Source: Planctomycetota bacterium
Lineage (GTDB): Bacteria > Planctomycetota > SZUA-567 > H5-PLA8
Length of the DNA: 60,574 nucleotides
Direction of reading: 5' to 3'
Assembly (NCBI GenBank): GCA_038227875.1
Contig: JBBRPR010000053.1
Location: forward strand, 1-60,574
Shown here: positions 51,404 to 60,574 of the stretch, in pieces
Layout: the number at the start of each line of letters is the position of its first letter
How positions within the stretch are numbered: position 1 is the stretch's first letter
The notes under the pieces: model-generated
Told to the model about the DNA's origin: nothing
Databases searched by the model: none
What the model saw: only the letters and a program-made list of their open reading frames with translations
Made by a program: the position numbers and the translations under genes

Positions 51404-53374
51404 ATGAAGCTGATCAAGATCGCCGCCGCCGCCGTGAATCAAACCCCGCTCGATTGGGCGGGCAACACCGAGAATATTCTCAGCGCCATCGCGCAGGCCC
51501 GCGCGCAGCACGCCAGCATTCTGGTGCTGCCGGAGATGTCGATCTGCGGTTACGGATGCGAAGACGCGTTCCACTCCCCCGGCCTGCACCGCACGGCCTG
51601 GGCGATGCTGCAGGAAATTCTGCCACACACCAAAGGCATGATCGTTTCGCTGGGGCTGCCGCTGTTTTTTCAGAACGCGGTCTTTAACACCGCCTGCCTG
51701 GTCGCGGACGGGAAAATTCTCGGCTTCGTCGCCAAGCGGTACCTTGCCGGGGACGGGATCCACTACGAGCCGCGCTGGTTCAAGCCGTGGCCGGACGGGC
51801 TGTGCACGGAAATCACGATCGACGGTGCGACCTATCCGCTGGGAGATTACTACTTCGACTGCGGCGGCGTGCGCATCGGCTTTGAGATCTGCGAAGACGC
51901 GTGGGTTGCCAAGCGGCCCGGCGGCAGCCTCTCGCTGGAAGGCGTCGACATCATCCTGAATCCCAGCGCCAGCCACTTCGCGTTCGGGAAAATCGAGACG
52001 CGCAAGCGCTTCGTACTGGAAGGCTCGCGCGCCTTCGGCGTCACTTACGTCTACAGCAATCTGCTCGGCAACGAGTCCGGCCGCGCGATTTACGACGGCG
52101 GCGCAATCATTGCCAGCGGCGGGAAGTTGCTGGCGCTCGGGCCGCGATTGTCGCTCGCGCGCGTCGTGGTCACGACGGCGGTCGTCGACATCCAAACCAC
52201 ACGCATGAACCAGGCGCGCACGGCCAGCTTCATGCCGGCGCTCGATGGCTCGGCAAAACACGCCGTCCGAGCGGCGTTCTCCTTCCCGGAAATTCCGTAC
52301 GAAACAACCGCGGTCCAGATGGAAGCGTGGGAGTCTTCGCCGCGGATCAAGGAAGAGGAATTCACACGCGCCGAGACCCTGGCGCTCTTCGATTACATGC
52401 GCAAGAGCCGCACCGCGGGCTTCGTGGTCTCGCTGAGCGGTGGAGCGGACTCGACGGCGGTGGTCTGCCTTGTCGCACTGATGTACGAGCGCGCGCTGAA
52501 GGAACTCGGCCGCGAGGAGCTCAACGCGCGCTTGAAGTACCTCAAGAAACCAGCGCTGGATGTACGATCGCTGCTCACCTGCGTCTACCAGGCGACGGAG
52601 AACAGCTCGACGACCACGCGCAACGCCGCGGCGAAAGTCGCCGAGGCGATTGGAGCGGAGTTTCTCGAATTGAACGTCGGCGCGATCGCCAACGACTATG
52701 TGACGCTGGCCTCGAAGGCGCTGGGCCGGAAGCTCGACTGGAGCACCGACGACATCGCGCTGCAGAATATCCAGGCCCGCGTGCGCGCGCCGAGCGTCTG
52801 GCTGCTGGCCAATGTGAAAAACGCGCTGCTGCTGGCAACCAGCGACCGTTCGGAGGCGGCCGCCGGCTACGCGACGATGGATGGCGACACGTGCGGCGGG
52901 CTGGCGCCGATCGCGGGCATCGACAAGTTTTTCCTGCGGCAGTGGCTGCGCTGGCTGGAGACGCAAGGCCCGCTGGGATTGAAGCCGATTCCGGCACTCG
53001 ACGTGGTCAACGTACAGGCGCCGTCGCCGGAGCTGCGTCCGCTGGCGATGAAGCAGACGGCCGAGGACGACCTGATGCCCTACGATCTGCTCGACGCCAT
53101 CGAGCGGGCCGTGATCCGCGACCGGAAGATGCCCGTCGAGACCTTGCAGCTGATGCGCGTGATTTTCCCGGCATACACCGTCAAGCAGCTCGGCACGTGG
53201 ATCGAACGCTTCTATACGCTGTGGTGCCGCAACCAGTGGAAGCGCGAGCGCTACGCGCCATCCTTCCACCTCGACGACGAGAATCTCGATCCGAAGACGT
53301 GGTGCCGTTTCCCGATTCTCTCCGGTGGATTCGAGCGCGAGCTGGCGGAGCTGCGGAAGGTGGTTGGTGCTTGA
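51404..53374 (+). CDS. nadE: Glutamine-dependent NAD+ synthetase
   Basis: Nitrilase domain (LPEM, K, EICEDAW) plus synthetase domain (SLSGGADS, QNIQARVR, GYATMDGD, PSPEL). Confidence 0.95.
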   Translation: MKLIKIAAAAVNQTPLDWAGNTENILSAIAQARAQHASILVLPEMSICGYGCEDAFHSPGLHRTAWAMLQEILPHTKGMIVSLGLPLFFQNAVFNTACLVADGKILGFVAKRYLAGDGIHYEPRWFKPWPDGLCTEITIDGATYPLGDYYFDCGGVRIGFEICEDAWVAKRPGGSLSLEGVDIILNPSASHFAFGKIETRKRFVLEGSRAFGVTYVYSNLLGNESGRAIYDGGAIIASGGKLLALGPRLSLARVVVTTAVVDIQTTRMNQARTASFMPALDGSAKHAVRAAFSFPEIPYETTAVQMEAWESSPRIKEEEFTRAETLALFDYMRKSRTAGFVVSLSGGADSTAVVCLVALMYERALKELGREELNARLKYLKKPALDVRSLLTCVYQATENSSTTTRNAAAKVAEAIGAEFLELNVGAIANDYVTLASKALGRKLDWSTDDIALQNIQARVRAPSVWLLANVKNALLLATSDRSEAAAGYATMDGDTCGGLAPIAGIDKFFLRQWLRWLETQGPLGLKPIPALDVVNVQAPSPELRPLAMKQTAEDDLMPYDLLDAIERAVIRDRKMPVETLQLMRVIFPAYTVKQLGTWIERFYTLWCRNQWKRERYAPSFHLDDENLDPKTWCRFPILSGGFERELAELRKVVGA

Positions 53375-54987
53375 ACGAAGACGCGGCGCCGACACCCCGC
53401 AATACCCGATGGGTTTCGTGGCTGGGCATTCTGCCCGTGCCCGCGGCGCTGCTGATCGTGATCGGTGTATTGTCATCGGCGAAGGGTCCCTTCTGGCTCG
53501 ATACCAATCTGGATCCGGATTACGCCTATCTGCTCAACGGCCTGAATATCACGGAAGGCCAGTTGCCCGGGCACGTCGATCATCCAGGAACCCCGGTGCA
53601 GATTCTGGACGGCTGGGTGATCAACGCCGTCGCGCATGCGACGGGACACGGTGAATTTCAATCGCGCCGCGAGGACATGCTGACGCGGCCTGAGTTTTAC
53701 CTGAATTGGTGTGCCCGGCTGTATGAGTTGATTTTTCTGCTCGCGGCGCTGGGCATTGGCGCGCTGGTCTTCCACTTCACACGCAATGTCCTGTGGGCGG
53801 CCGCCGCACAGAGTCCCGCGCTGCTGGCGGTGCAGGCGCCGCTGTCGCTGACGTGCGTGAAGCCGGAGCCGCTGCTGTTGTCGTTGGGCCTGTGCATGGG
53901 TCTCATTACGCTCTTGCACGGCTATGGCTCGTTTCGCAGCAAAGATGGGCGCGTGGCGCTGCTCTTTGGGCTGACCGTAGGGCTGGGCATCTCCACCAAG
54001 GTGACGTTCCTGCCGCTGGTGATTCTGCCGTTGATCGTGTTGAACGGAATCTGGCCGCGCCTGCTTTATTTGCTGACCGCGGGTTTGAGTTTGTTTGTCG
54101 CGACACTGCCCATTCATCTCATGCTCGACACGATGAAGGATTGGTTCACCGGTCTGGCGACGCACACGGGTGGGTACGGCAACGGCCCGCGGGGCTTCAT
54201 CGATCCGCTGGAGTACGTGCTCGCACTTGGCCGCGTGGCGGTCATGGAAATCCCTTTCACACTGATCGTTGTCGCGAGCTTCGTCGTGCTGCTGCTGACG
54301 CGAAAGGCTGACCTTACCGATTCCAGCCGCGCCCTCCGCCGTTGTTTGTGGGGCGTCACGCTGACGGAGCTCGCGCAGATTCTTCTCGTGGCCAAGCATC
54401 CCTGGCATGGCGAGCATTATCTCGTCCCGAGTCTCGCGTTGATGGGCGTCAATCTTGTACTGATCGCGCCGTTGATTGGGTCGAACGTTCGCGACCGAGC
54501 GAGAAAAGTCGCCGTCGGCCTTGTAGTCTGCGCAACGCTGTTTCAAGTTTGGAGTTTCCACGCGCTGTGTGGCGAGTTGCTGGAACATCGGCGCGATTCG
54601 GAGAGTGTCGATTCGTTTCTGAACCAATTCCCCGACGCCACCGTCGCGGCGTACTACCCGGCCTCGTCGCAGGTTTATGCGCTGCAGTTTGGAAACCGGT
54701 TCGCTGTCGCGAACTATTCCGACTCGCTGATGAAGCTCTATCCCCACGTGATCCTTTATCACCAGTGGTTCCGCATGTTCGTCAATTATCGCGGCGGGAT
54801 TCCGGACGCACAGATGGCCGCGCTGGCCGGCGCGAGCAAACTGCTGATTCGCGGCGCTGAACTGGGCAAGGACCTGCCGAGCGGCCCGGAAGGTTCGCCA
54901 TTTTTTCCACCGGGCGCGCGGCTGGAGTTGCTCTTCTCGACACACACCGAGTGCGTGTACCGCGTCACCGCGTGGCCGGAGAAGTGA
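53371..54987 (+). CDS. GT-C fold (ArnT/PMT-like) membrane glycosyltransferase
   Basis: DPDYAYLLN..DHPG first loop, KPEP, STKVTF, about 11 TM; TTG start overlapping the nadE stop. Confidence 0.7.
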   Translation: MNEDAAPTPRNTRWVSWLGILPVPAALLIVIGVLSSAKGPFWLDTNLDPDYAYLLNGLNITEGQLPGHVDHPGTPVQILDGWVINAVAHATGHGEFQSRREDMLTRPEFYLNWCARLYELIFLLAALGIGALVFHFTRNVLWAAAAQSPALLAVQAPLSLTCVKPEPLLLSLGLCMGLITLLHGYGSFRSKDGRVALLFGLTVGLGISTKVTFLPLVILPLIVLNGIWPRLLYLLTAGLSLFVATLPIHLMLDTMKDWFTGLATHTGGYGNGPRGFIDPLEYVLALGRVAVMEIPFTLIVVASFVVLLLTRKADLTDSSRALRRCLWGVTLTELAQILLVAKHPWHGEHYLVPSLALMGVNLVLIAPLIGSNVRDRARKVAVGLVVCATLFQVWSFHALCGELLEHRRDSESVDSFLNQFPDATVAAYYPASSQVYALQFGNRFAVANYSDSLMKLYPHVILYHQWFRMFVNYRGGIPDAQMAALAGASKLLIRGAELGKDLPSGPEGSPFFPPGARLELLFSTHTECVYRVTAWPEK

Positions 54988-55088
54988 CGCGGTATTGGAC
55001 TGGAGTGCAGTGGCGCACATCGCTAAGCTGATCGTCAGCATTTTATGAGCGCTCCGACTTTCGCGAATTTCCCGGGGAGGTTTGGTTC

Positions 55089-55916
55089 ATGGCGACGTTG
55101 CTGAAAAATCCCGTTAAGAGCATCCTGGCCGAAGGCGGCCGCGCGTTTGGAACGATGATCACGTCGGTGACGTGGCCGGGGATCATGGAGCTGCTCGCCG
55201 CCAGCGGCTGGCAGTTCGTGGTCATCGACACCGAGCACAGTCTCTACACGCACGAGACGATTGAGAATCTGCTCCGTGCGGCGCGGCAGAGCGGGATCGT
55301 GCCGCTGGTGCGGCCGGCCGACGCGGACTACCACCTGATTTCGCGCATGCTGGACCTGGGTGCGTATGGCGTGATGGTTCCACGCGTGGATACGGTGGCC
55401 GAGGCCATGCAGGTCGGCAATGCGACGCGCTATCCGCCGGTCGGCGTGCGCGGCGCGGGCGGCAATGTCCTTGGGATTTGCGGGCTGCCGCTGCCGGAGT
55501 ACATCCAGCACGCCAACAGCATCATGCTCACGGCGATCATGATGGAAAGCCAGGAGGCTATCGACCGGCTCGACGAACTGGCCGCCGTGCCCCACACCGA
55601 TGTGCTGGTGATCGGGCCGACGGATCTGTCGATCAACCTCGGCATTCCGGGGCAGACCGAGCACCCAAAGTTCATCGCTGCGGCGGAGAAGGTCGTGGCA
55701 GCTGCCGAGAAAAATAAGAAGACGGCGGGGATTCATGTCGGTTCCGTGAAAGATTGCGAGCGGTTTGCGAAGTACGGCTTCCGGTATCTGATGTGCAGTG
55801 CGGATGGTGCGATGTTGCGGTCGGCGAGCAATGAACTGGCGTGCGCGATGAAGGAACTGTGCGCGGCGGGAGCGGTGAAGACCAAGCCTACTGCAGGTGG
55901 TGCGACGCCGTATTAA
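55089..55916 (+). CDS. HpcH/HpaI aldolase family protein
   Basis: VIDTEH, LDLGAYGVMVP, RYPPVGVRG, MMES, IGPTDLS. Confidence 0.92.
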   Translation: MATLLKNPVKSILAEGGRAFGTMITSVTWPGIMELLAASGWQFVVIDTEHSLYTHETIENLLRAARQSGIVPLVRPADADYHLISRMLDLGAYGVMVPRVDTVAEAMQVGNATRYPPVGVRGAGGNVLGICGLPLPEYIQHANSIMLTAIMMESQEAIDRLDELAAVPHTDVLVIGPTDLSINLGIPGQTEHPKFIAAAEKVVAAAEKNKKTAGIHVGSVKDCERFAKYGFRYLMCSADGAMLRSASNELACAMKELCAAGAVKTKPTAGGATPY

Positions 55917-55930
55917 TTGGATCTGGCTGC

Positions 55931-57271
55931 TTAAGGTTTGGGCGCGGCGGTTTTCATGATCCTCCAGAGTACCAGTCCCATGATCAGGGCCATGGTCGCA
56001 CGCACGAGCAGCATCGACCAGGCGGCGCCGAGCGCGCCGTAGCGGGTGACCATCCAGATGCCGACGCCGATCGAGAGCGCCAGCGTTAAGCCATTGAGAA
56101 TCACCAGCGTGCCGGGGCGCTTGAGCGGGAAAAAGACGTAGCTCAACGGCGTCGCGATGAAGCTCAGGCCGTACGCCAAGCACATCCAGCGCAGCGGCAC
56201 GATCGAGGCGTCGTAGGTGTGCCCCCACATCAGCGGGACAATGAGACTGGCGGCCAGCGCCAGTCCGCCGCAGACGATTACGGACAGCGGCACGGTGAAT
56301 TTCAGCGCTTTGCGGATGTAGCCGGCGCATTCGGCGTGCGATTGCAGAGCCGACGCGCGCGGCAGCATCACGGTCGTTAATCCGGCGGTGAGCAACGGGA
56401 GCAGGCTGCCCAGGCGGCGGGCTCCGGCGAAGATCGCGGTCTCTTCGGAACCGCGCAGGTTCTTGAGCAGGAAGATTTCGACGTAGATGGCGACCATGCC
56501 CAGAAACGTCGCGGCGGCGGCGTAGGGGATGAAGCCGTGCAGTTCGTCGCTGACGCTCGGCGGCGCGGCCAGGCCGAAGCCTTTCGCGTCGGCGAAGACT
56601 TCGCGTTCGACCAGCACGCTGATCAGCGCGGCGACGATCACGCCGGCGGCCATCATCCAGAGAATCAATTCGGAGATGCGCGGCGAGGGGGTCTCCATCC
56701 CGCGGAGCACGGCCATGATGGCCAGCGCGCGCAGCACGTTGTCGCCCACGTTCTGAGCGAAGTATGAACCCATGCGGCGGCGGCATTGGGCGACGTCGAG
56801 GCCCCAGCTGACGGTGGTCATCCCCAGCAGCCCTCCGATGCAGGCGTAGACGAGGTACGGGCGCGAGGGCGTGTCGAGGATGTGGGCGAGGATCGATTTC
56901 GAGAGCAGCGCGCAGAGTCCGCAGACCACCAGGGCCGCCAGCCAGCGGAAGACCAGCGCGCGGCGGAAGACGGCGTGGGCTTCGGCGCGCATCCCTTTGG
57001 CAACGAAGTACGAGCCGACCCGGACGGTCGCCATCGCCATGCCGCAGTCGGCGATGGAAAGAAGGACGGAGCGCAGGCCCAGAGCGGTGTTGAAGATGCC
57101 ATTTTCGGATTTCTGGAGGTCACGGAAGAGGAGGCTGTCGGCGGCCAGCGCGATCAGCACGCCGATGGCCTGGGCGGCCAGCACGTAGATACCGTCTCGT
57201 GCGGCCGAGCTGCCGCGCAGCCGCTCGAAGAGCGTCGGCTGCGCGTCGGGAGTCGATTCTGTGTTGTTCAT
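55931..57271 (-). CDS. Wzx/MOP-family oligosaccharide flippase
   Basis: About 12 TM; ADCGM in TM2; TVMLP; YGALGAAWS. Confidence 0.78.
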   Translation of the reverse strand: MNNTESTPDAQPTLFERLRGSSAARDGIYVLAAQAIGVLIALAADSLLFRDLQKSENGIFNTALGLRSVLLSIADCGMAMATVRVGSYFVAKGMRAEAHAVFRRALVFRWLAALVVCGLCALLSKSILAHILDTPSRPYLVYACIGGLLGMTTVSWGLDVAQCRRRMGSYFAQNVGDNVLRALAIMAVLRGMETPSPRISELILWMMAAGVIVAALISVLVEREVFADAKGFGLAAPPSVSDELHGFIPYAAAATFLGMVAIYVEIFLLKNLRGSEETAIFAGARRLGSLLPLLTAGLTTVMLPRASALQSHAECAGYIRKALKFTVPLSVIVCGGLALAASLIVPLMWGHTYDASIVPLRWMCLAYGLSFIATPLSYVFFPLKRPGTLVILNGLTLALSIGVGIWMVTRYGALGAAWSMLLVRATMALIMGLVLWRIMKTAAPKP

Positions 57272-57352
57272 TACGCGTGTCGCCTTGCGGCGAGGGGGTG
57301 AGAGTAGAGCGGGCTTGCCATTTCTATATTGGTCTCTTTGCCTGCGGTTGGG

Positions 57353-59596
57353 TTATTTGCCGTCGTCTTCTTTCAGGGCTTCTTTCGCGTCGGGTGATGG
57401 CGTCTTTTTGGTGCCGGCTTTGGCGGGCTTCGGCGCTGAGATGGTGAAGCTGTCGATGACTTCACGGACCGCTTTTTCGTGGGTCTTCCAGACGTTCAGG
57501 GCGGAGCCGGCCTGGACGGCGATCATGGTGTTGCCCTGGAAGTAGATGTGCTGGATGGCGTGGATGGGCTGGCCTTCCTGCTCGCCTTCGAATTCCAGTT
57601 CGAAGCCCTTGGTGCCCGAGGTTGTGATCATCTCGGACTTGATCTTCTTGTAATTCTGCATCGCCATCTTCGCCGGCATTTCCAGGAACGGGGCCATCTG
57701 TTCGATGGGCATGCTCATCGGCAGCGGCTGGCAGACGACCGCGACGTTGGCCGCGCCGTCGCCGCTGCTGAGGACCACCGAGGCCAGCGGGACGGAGGGC
57801 TTGGCGTCGAGTTTCCAGTTTTTGGCGCTGGGGGGCGACTTGATGGAGATGCCGAGTTCCTCGTTGACGTAGGTCTTTCCATCGTCGGCGGTTTTGCCTT
57901 CGGGGCGTTCCTGCGTCATCATGTCTTTGAGCATCGACTGCACGGCAGGGTTCTTGAGCATCGACTTCATGTCGAGTCCCGTGGCGTCGTCTTTGCCGCC
58001 GCCGGCGTTGTTGGCGATTTTGTCGATCAGGTTCGCGACGTCGGCGTCCTTGCCTTTGTCGCCGTTCTTACCGCCATTCTTCGGGGCGTCGTCGGATTCG
58101 GTCAGCTTCTTGACCATGTTGTTGAGGTCGTCGAGATTGGTCTTGTCGCCGGTGAGCTGCTTGAGCAGCGCTTCGGCATTTTTCTCATCGAGGGTCTTGC
58201 CGCCGGCGCCGGGCTGGTCGATGCCGAGCTTGGCGAAATCGATGTTCTTGTTTTCCGGGGCGATGGACTTCGCGCCGGCCAGATCGGTCTGCAGGGCTTT
58301 CAGATCCTTGCCTTCGATCTTTCCGCGCACGACGTTGACGCGGTGGGGGTTGGGCGTGTCTATGACCCAGTCAGCGCCCATCTTCGCCACGGCGGCTTTG
58401 AATTCCTGCGCGTCCTTGATCGTGTCCCACTCGGTGATCCAGGCCAGCACGCGCTGACCGTCCTTGGTGTAGACGCCGAAGCGGTCCCCACCCCAGCCTG
58501 CCGCCGCCTGCGAGGCCAGCGGTTCGTCCTTCAGCGCTTCGCGCAGGAGAATGCGGATGCTCTGCTCGCCCAGCTGGCCTTCCTTGACCTTGGTGTATCC
58601 GGGCATCGACTGCGCCAGGTCCGGCCAGACGATTTCGATCGGGTCGTCGCGGTTGGTGTGCCATTTTTCGGGATGGAGGATCTGTTCGGTAGAGCGCGGC
58701 GGGTCCTTGCGGAACGCGTAGTCGAGGAGCTTCTGGCCGCCGGTCTTCTTGACGCTGACGCAGAACATGAAGCCCTGCAGGTAGCTGAAGAGCATGTTGT
58801 CGCGGAACCAGGCCGGCGCTGCGGTCATTTCCTTCGCGCCGGGCATGTCCGGGGACATCTCGATCATCTGCTTGGGGTCTTTCATCAACTGTCCCATGAC
58901 CGCTTCCAGCCCGGGCAGCGTTTCGATGTTCATCTTCAGGAAGTAATCGTACATGGTCAGCGTCGCGTCGCCTTCGACCACGGCCAGATGCGCGGCCGAT
59001 TCGTCGGCCATCGGATCGCCGCTGGTGTACTTGGTCAGATCGAAATTCGAATCCTGGATGGCGTGCGTCAATTCGTGGACGAGGACGGTCTCCTCCATGC
59101 GGTTGGCCATCTCTTCGCCATAGAGCTTGCGCGCTTCCTTGCCGAGGATGCCGCCTTCACGCTCGACGACCACGAGGTACTTGCGGCGCGGATCGTAGTA
59201 GCCGCCGACCTGGCTGGTGAGCAGCTCGGGGTAGTACTTGCTCAGGACCATCGTTTCGGGAATGAAGCCGAAGGCCTTGAGGCTGGCTTCCATCGGGTTG
59301 ATCTTCTCGCCGGGCAGTTCCTCTTCGAACGCCTGGACCATCTTCTTCTTCAGCGTCGCTTCGACCACCGACCCGCAGGGAATTTCGGCGTTGAGCGGCA
59401 GGCCGCGGTATTTCTGAGCCATGCGCATCAGCGTCTTCATTTGATCCTGCAAGTTGGCCGGCAGCGGGTTGACGTCCTTGGGCAGGCCCTGTTCGGGCTG
59501 AGCTTCTCCGGCGTGGGCCGTGAAGGGCAGCAGCGCCAGGAGCGCCGACCAGAGCAGGCGGGTGAAATAAGCGAGGGAAAAGCGTGATTTAAACAT
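57353..59596 (-). CDS. Secreted zincin-like protein (HExxH + EGDA) with C-terminal PsbP-like domain
   Basis: Signal peptide ending AHA; GYYDP, VLVHELTHAIQD, VVEGDA, PPRSTEQILHP, AAGWGGD; start moved to ATG 59596. Confidence 0.75.
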   Translation of the reverse strand: MFKSRFSLAYFTRLLWSALLALLPFTAHAGEAQPEQGLPKDVNPLPANLQDQMKTLMRMAQKYRGLPLNAEIPCGSVVEATLKKKMVQAFEEELPGEKINPMEASLKAFGFIPETMVLSKYYPELLTSQVGGYYDPRRKYLVVVEREGGILGKEARKLYGEEMANRMEETVLVHELTHAIQDSNFDLTKYTSGDPMADESAAHLAVVEGDATLTMYDYFLKMNIETLPGLEAVMGQLMKDPKQMIEMSPDMPGAKEMTAAPAWFRDNMLFSYLQGFMFCVSVKKTGGQKLLDYAFRKDPPRSTEQILHPEKWHTNRDDPIEIVWPDLAQSMPGYTKVKEGQLGEQSIRILLREALKDEPLASQAAAGWGGDRFGVYTKDGQRVLAWITEWDTIKDAQEFKAAVAKMGADWVIDTPNPHRVNVVRGKIEGKDLKALQTDLAGAKSIAPENKNIDFAKLGIDQPGAGGKTLDEKNAEALLKQLTGDKTNLDDLNNMVKKLTESDDAPKNGGKNGDKGKDADVANLIDKIANNAGGGKDDATGLDMKSMLKNPAVQSMLKDMMTQERPEGKTADDGKTYVNEELGISIKSPPSAKNWKLDAKPSVPLASVVLSSGDGAANVAVVCQPLPMSMPIEQMAPFLEMPAKMAMQNYKKIKSEMITTSGTKGFELEFEGEQEGQPIHAIQHIYFQGNTMIAVQAGSALNVWKTHEKAVREVIDSFTISAPKPAKAGTKKTPSPDAKEALKEDDGK

Positions 59597-59763
59597 GGGG
59601 GGAGTCTCCGGAATACGCCGAGATCGGAAGTGCCTGTCCCTGCCGTCCACCGCCAGCGAAATATACCTCTTGGGAGGTGGAACGCGAAGAGATTCTCGCC
59701 TCGCGGACCGGGGTGCACGCGGAGTGGTAACCACTGAGCGGTGGCGGGCGTCACCCGGTTGGG

Positions 59764-60574
59764 ATGCGACAAAATGCGACAGAATGTTACAGGCATTGGG
59801 GGCGGGGCTTTGATTTCGCGCAAAGGCGCTGGTGTAGGGATTTTTTGTCTCGCGCACAGACGCAAAGACGCAAAGACGCAAAGAATGACGAGGTTGGGAT
59901 GTGGTTCCTTTTTTCAGGGTAACGGCGTTTGAACGGAGTCATTGATCATTGGGTATTGGTCATTGGTCATTGGTCATTTTTCATTTACTAGGGGCGGATG
60001 GCGGGGCGTGCGTGGAATGCGGGGCGGACCGCGGCTGACTTCGGTTCGCGGGGAACGAGAGATTGGTGATTGGGTCGTTGCGATTGCAATTCGGATCATC
60101 GGGAGTCTCTTGGAATTTGGACGTTGGAGTGTGCCACTGGTGGCTTGTCCACCCGTGCCGCGCGCGCGGAACCAGGAGGATGGTTCTTGAGAGGTTGAGT
60201 GCGCGCGGGGCGCGTGCGGTTGCTGTTCATGCTGTTGCGGCTATTGACGGGCGGCCTTTCAGGCCGGGGGCGCTACGCGCGATCGGTGGCGAATCGGACG
60301 GGCGAGCTTTGTTTGCGAGGTCGGCACTGGTGGCTTTACGGCCAGCCACCAGTGGCACACAACTGCGGGCCAAATTGCAAACGCGGCGCGTCTCTCGCCC
60401 GTTCGACATGCTCAGGGCAGGCCCATTCGACAGGCTCAGGGCAGGCGTGTGGAAAGTGTCCTTATATATAAAGCAACTCTCGACACTGAAAATCAAGGGA
60501 AATCTGGTGGATGAGCTAATTTGAGCAGGAATGAGAGCGAATGATAGCAAATGAGCGCGAATGAGCAGGAATGA
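59764..60574. repeat. Non-coding tract of short tandem and REP-like repeats
   Basis: Decamers ATGCGACAAA/ATGCGACAGA/ATGTTACAGG at 59764-59793; (GACGCAAA)3 at 59859-59882; about 6 TCATTGG-like units at 59939-59978; inverted REP pair at 60131-60158 and 60324-60358; 24-bp tandem x2 at 60397-60444; ATGAG-type decamers from 60511 to the edge. Confidence 0.8.

Noticed and set aside
51901..54987. 1028-aa ORF as one giant protein
   Set aside because: The first 490 codons are an alternative-frame shadow of nadE (Arg/Gly/Ala-rich); only the part from TTG 53371 looks like a real GT-C protein
49021..59587. Long antisense ORFs (49021-50487, 51338-53476, 53473-55041, 55035-56786, 57479-59587)
   Set aside because: They lie opposite or out of frame with well-supported genes in high-GC DNA, with no motifs or RBS; typical shadow ORFs
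59764..60574. CRISPR array
   Set aside because: Repeats are tandem 7-24-mers without unique spacers, and there are no cas genes

Overview
Bacterial genomic window, probably from a high-GC Planctomycetota/PVC organism. This is inferred from the prepilin cassette, the ECF/anti-sigma pair with a prenyltransferase-like barrel, the PQQ-type propeller and the style of REP-like repeats; no marker gene is present. Three zones. (1) 1-23.5 kb: an apparently acquired nitrogen-oxide respiration island, almost all on the minus strand. It carries a Tat-exported Nitrospira/anammox-type NXR-like operon (di-heme c/gamma fusion, nxrA, 88-aa protein, nxrB, TorD-type chaperone, HExxH/Cys protein, moaA, NifU-hemerythrin fusion) and an NO/Fe-S repair module (ric, mogA/moaB-like, Rrf2). 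It also carries a doubly frameshifted periplasmic-protein gene, a B12 radical SAM gene, and a second, uncharacterised molybdoenzyme module (NarI-like membrane protein, NasA/NapA-like catalytic subunit, 4Fe-4S protein, Tat Rieske, small membrane protein, TDT/SLAC1 channel). An IS630 end and a Kelch remnant flank it on the left, and a 5'-truncated histidine kinase on the right. (2) 23.5-36.4 kb: an FHA protein and a six-gene pseudopilin cassette, including a 1877-aa GspK/PilX-like protein and a pilin with a P18-V-P24 stalk. (3) 36.6-60.6 kb: mixed genes (ICMT-like, ahpC, hypotheticals, small Zn-finger protein with a probable AUC start, pduO, ECF pair, PQQ propeller, OGFr-domain protein divergent from a pncB-prs-nadE operon with an NrtR-type box, GT-C, HpcH aldolase, flippase, zincin), with intergenic palindromes and REP/REPIN-like elements. 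No rRNA, tRNA or CRISPR array was seen. All family assignments come from motif recognition by eye, not database searches.
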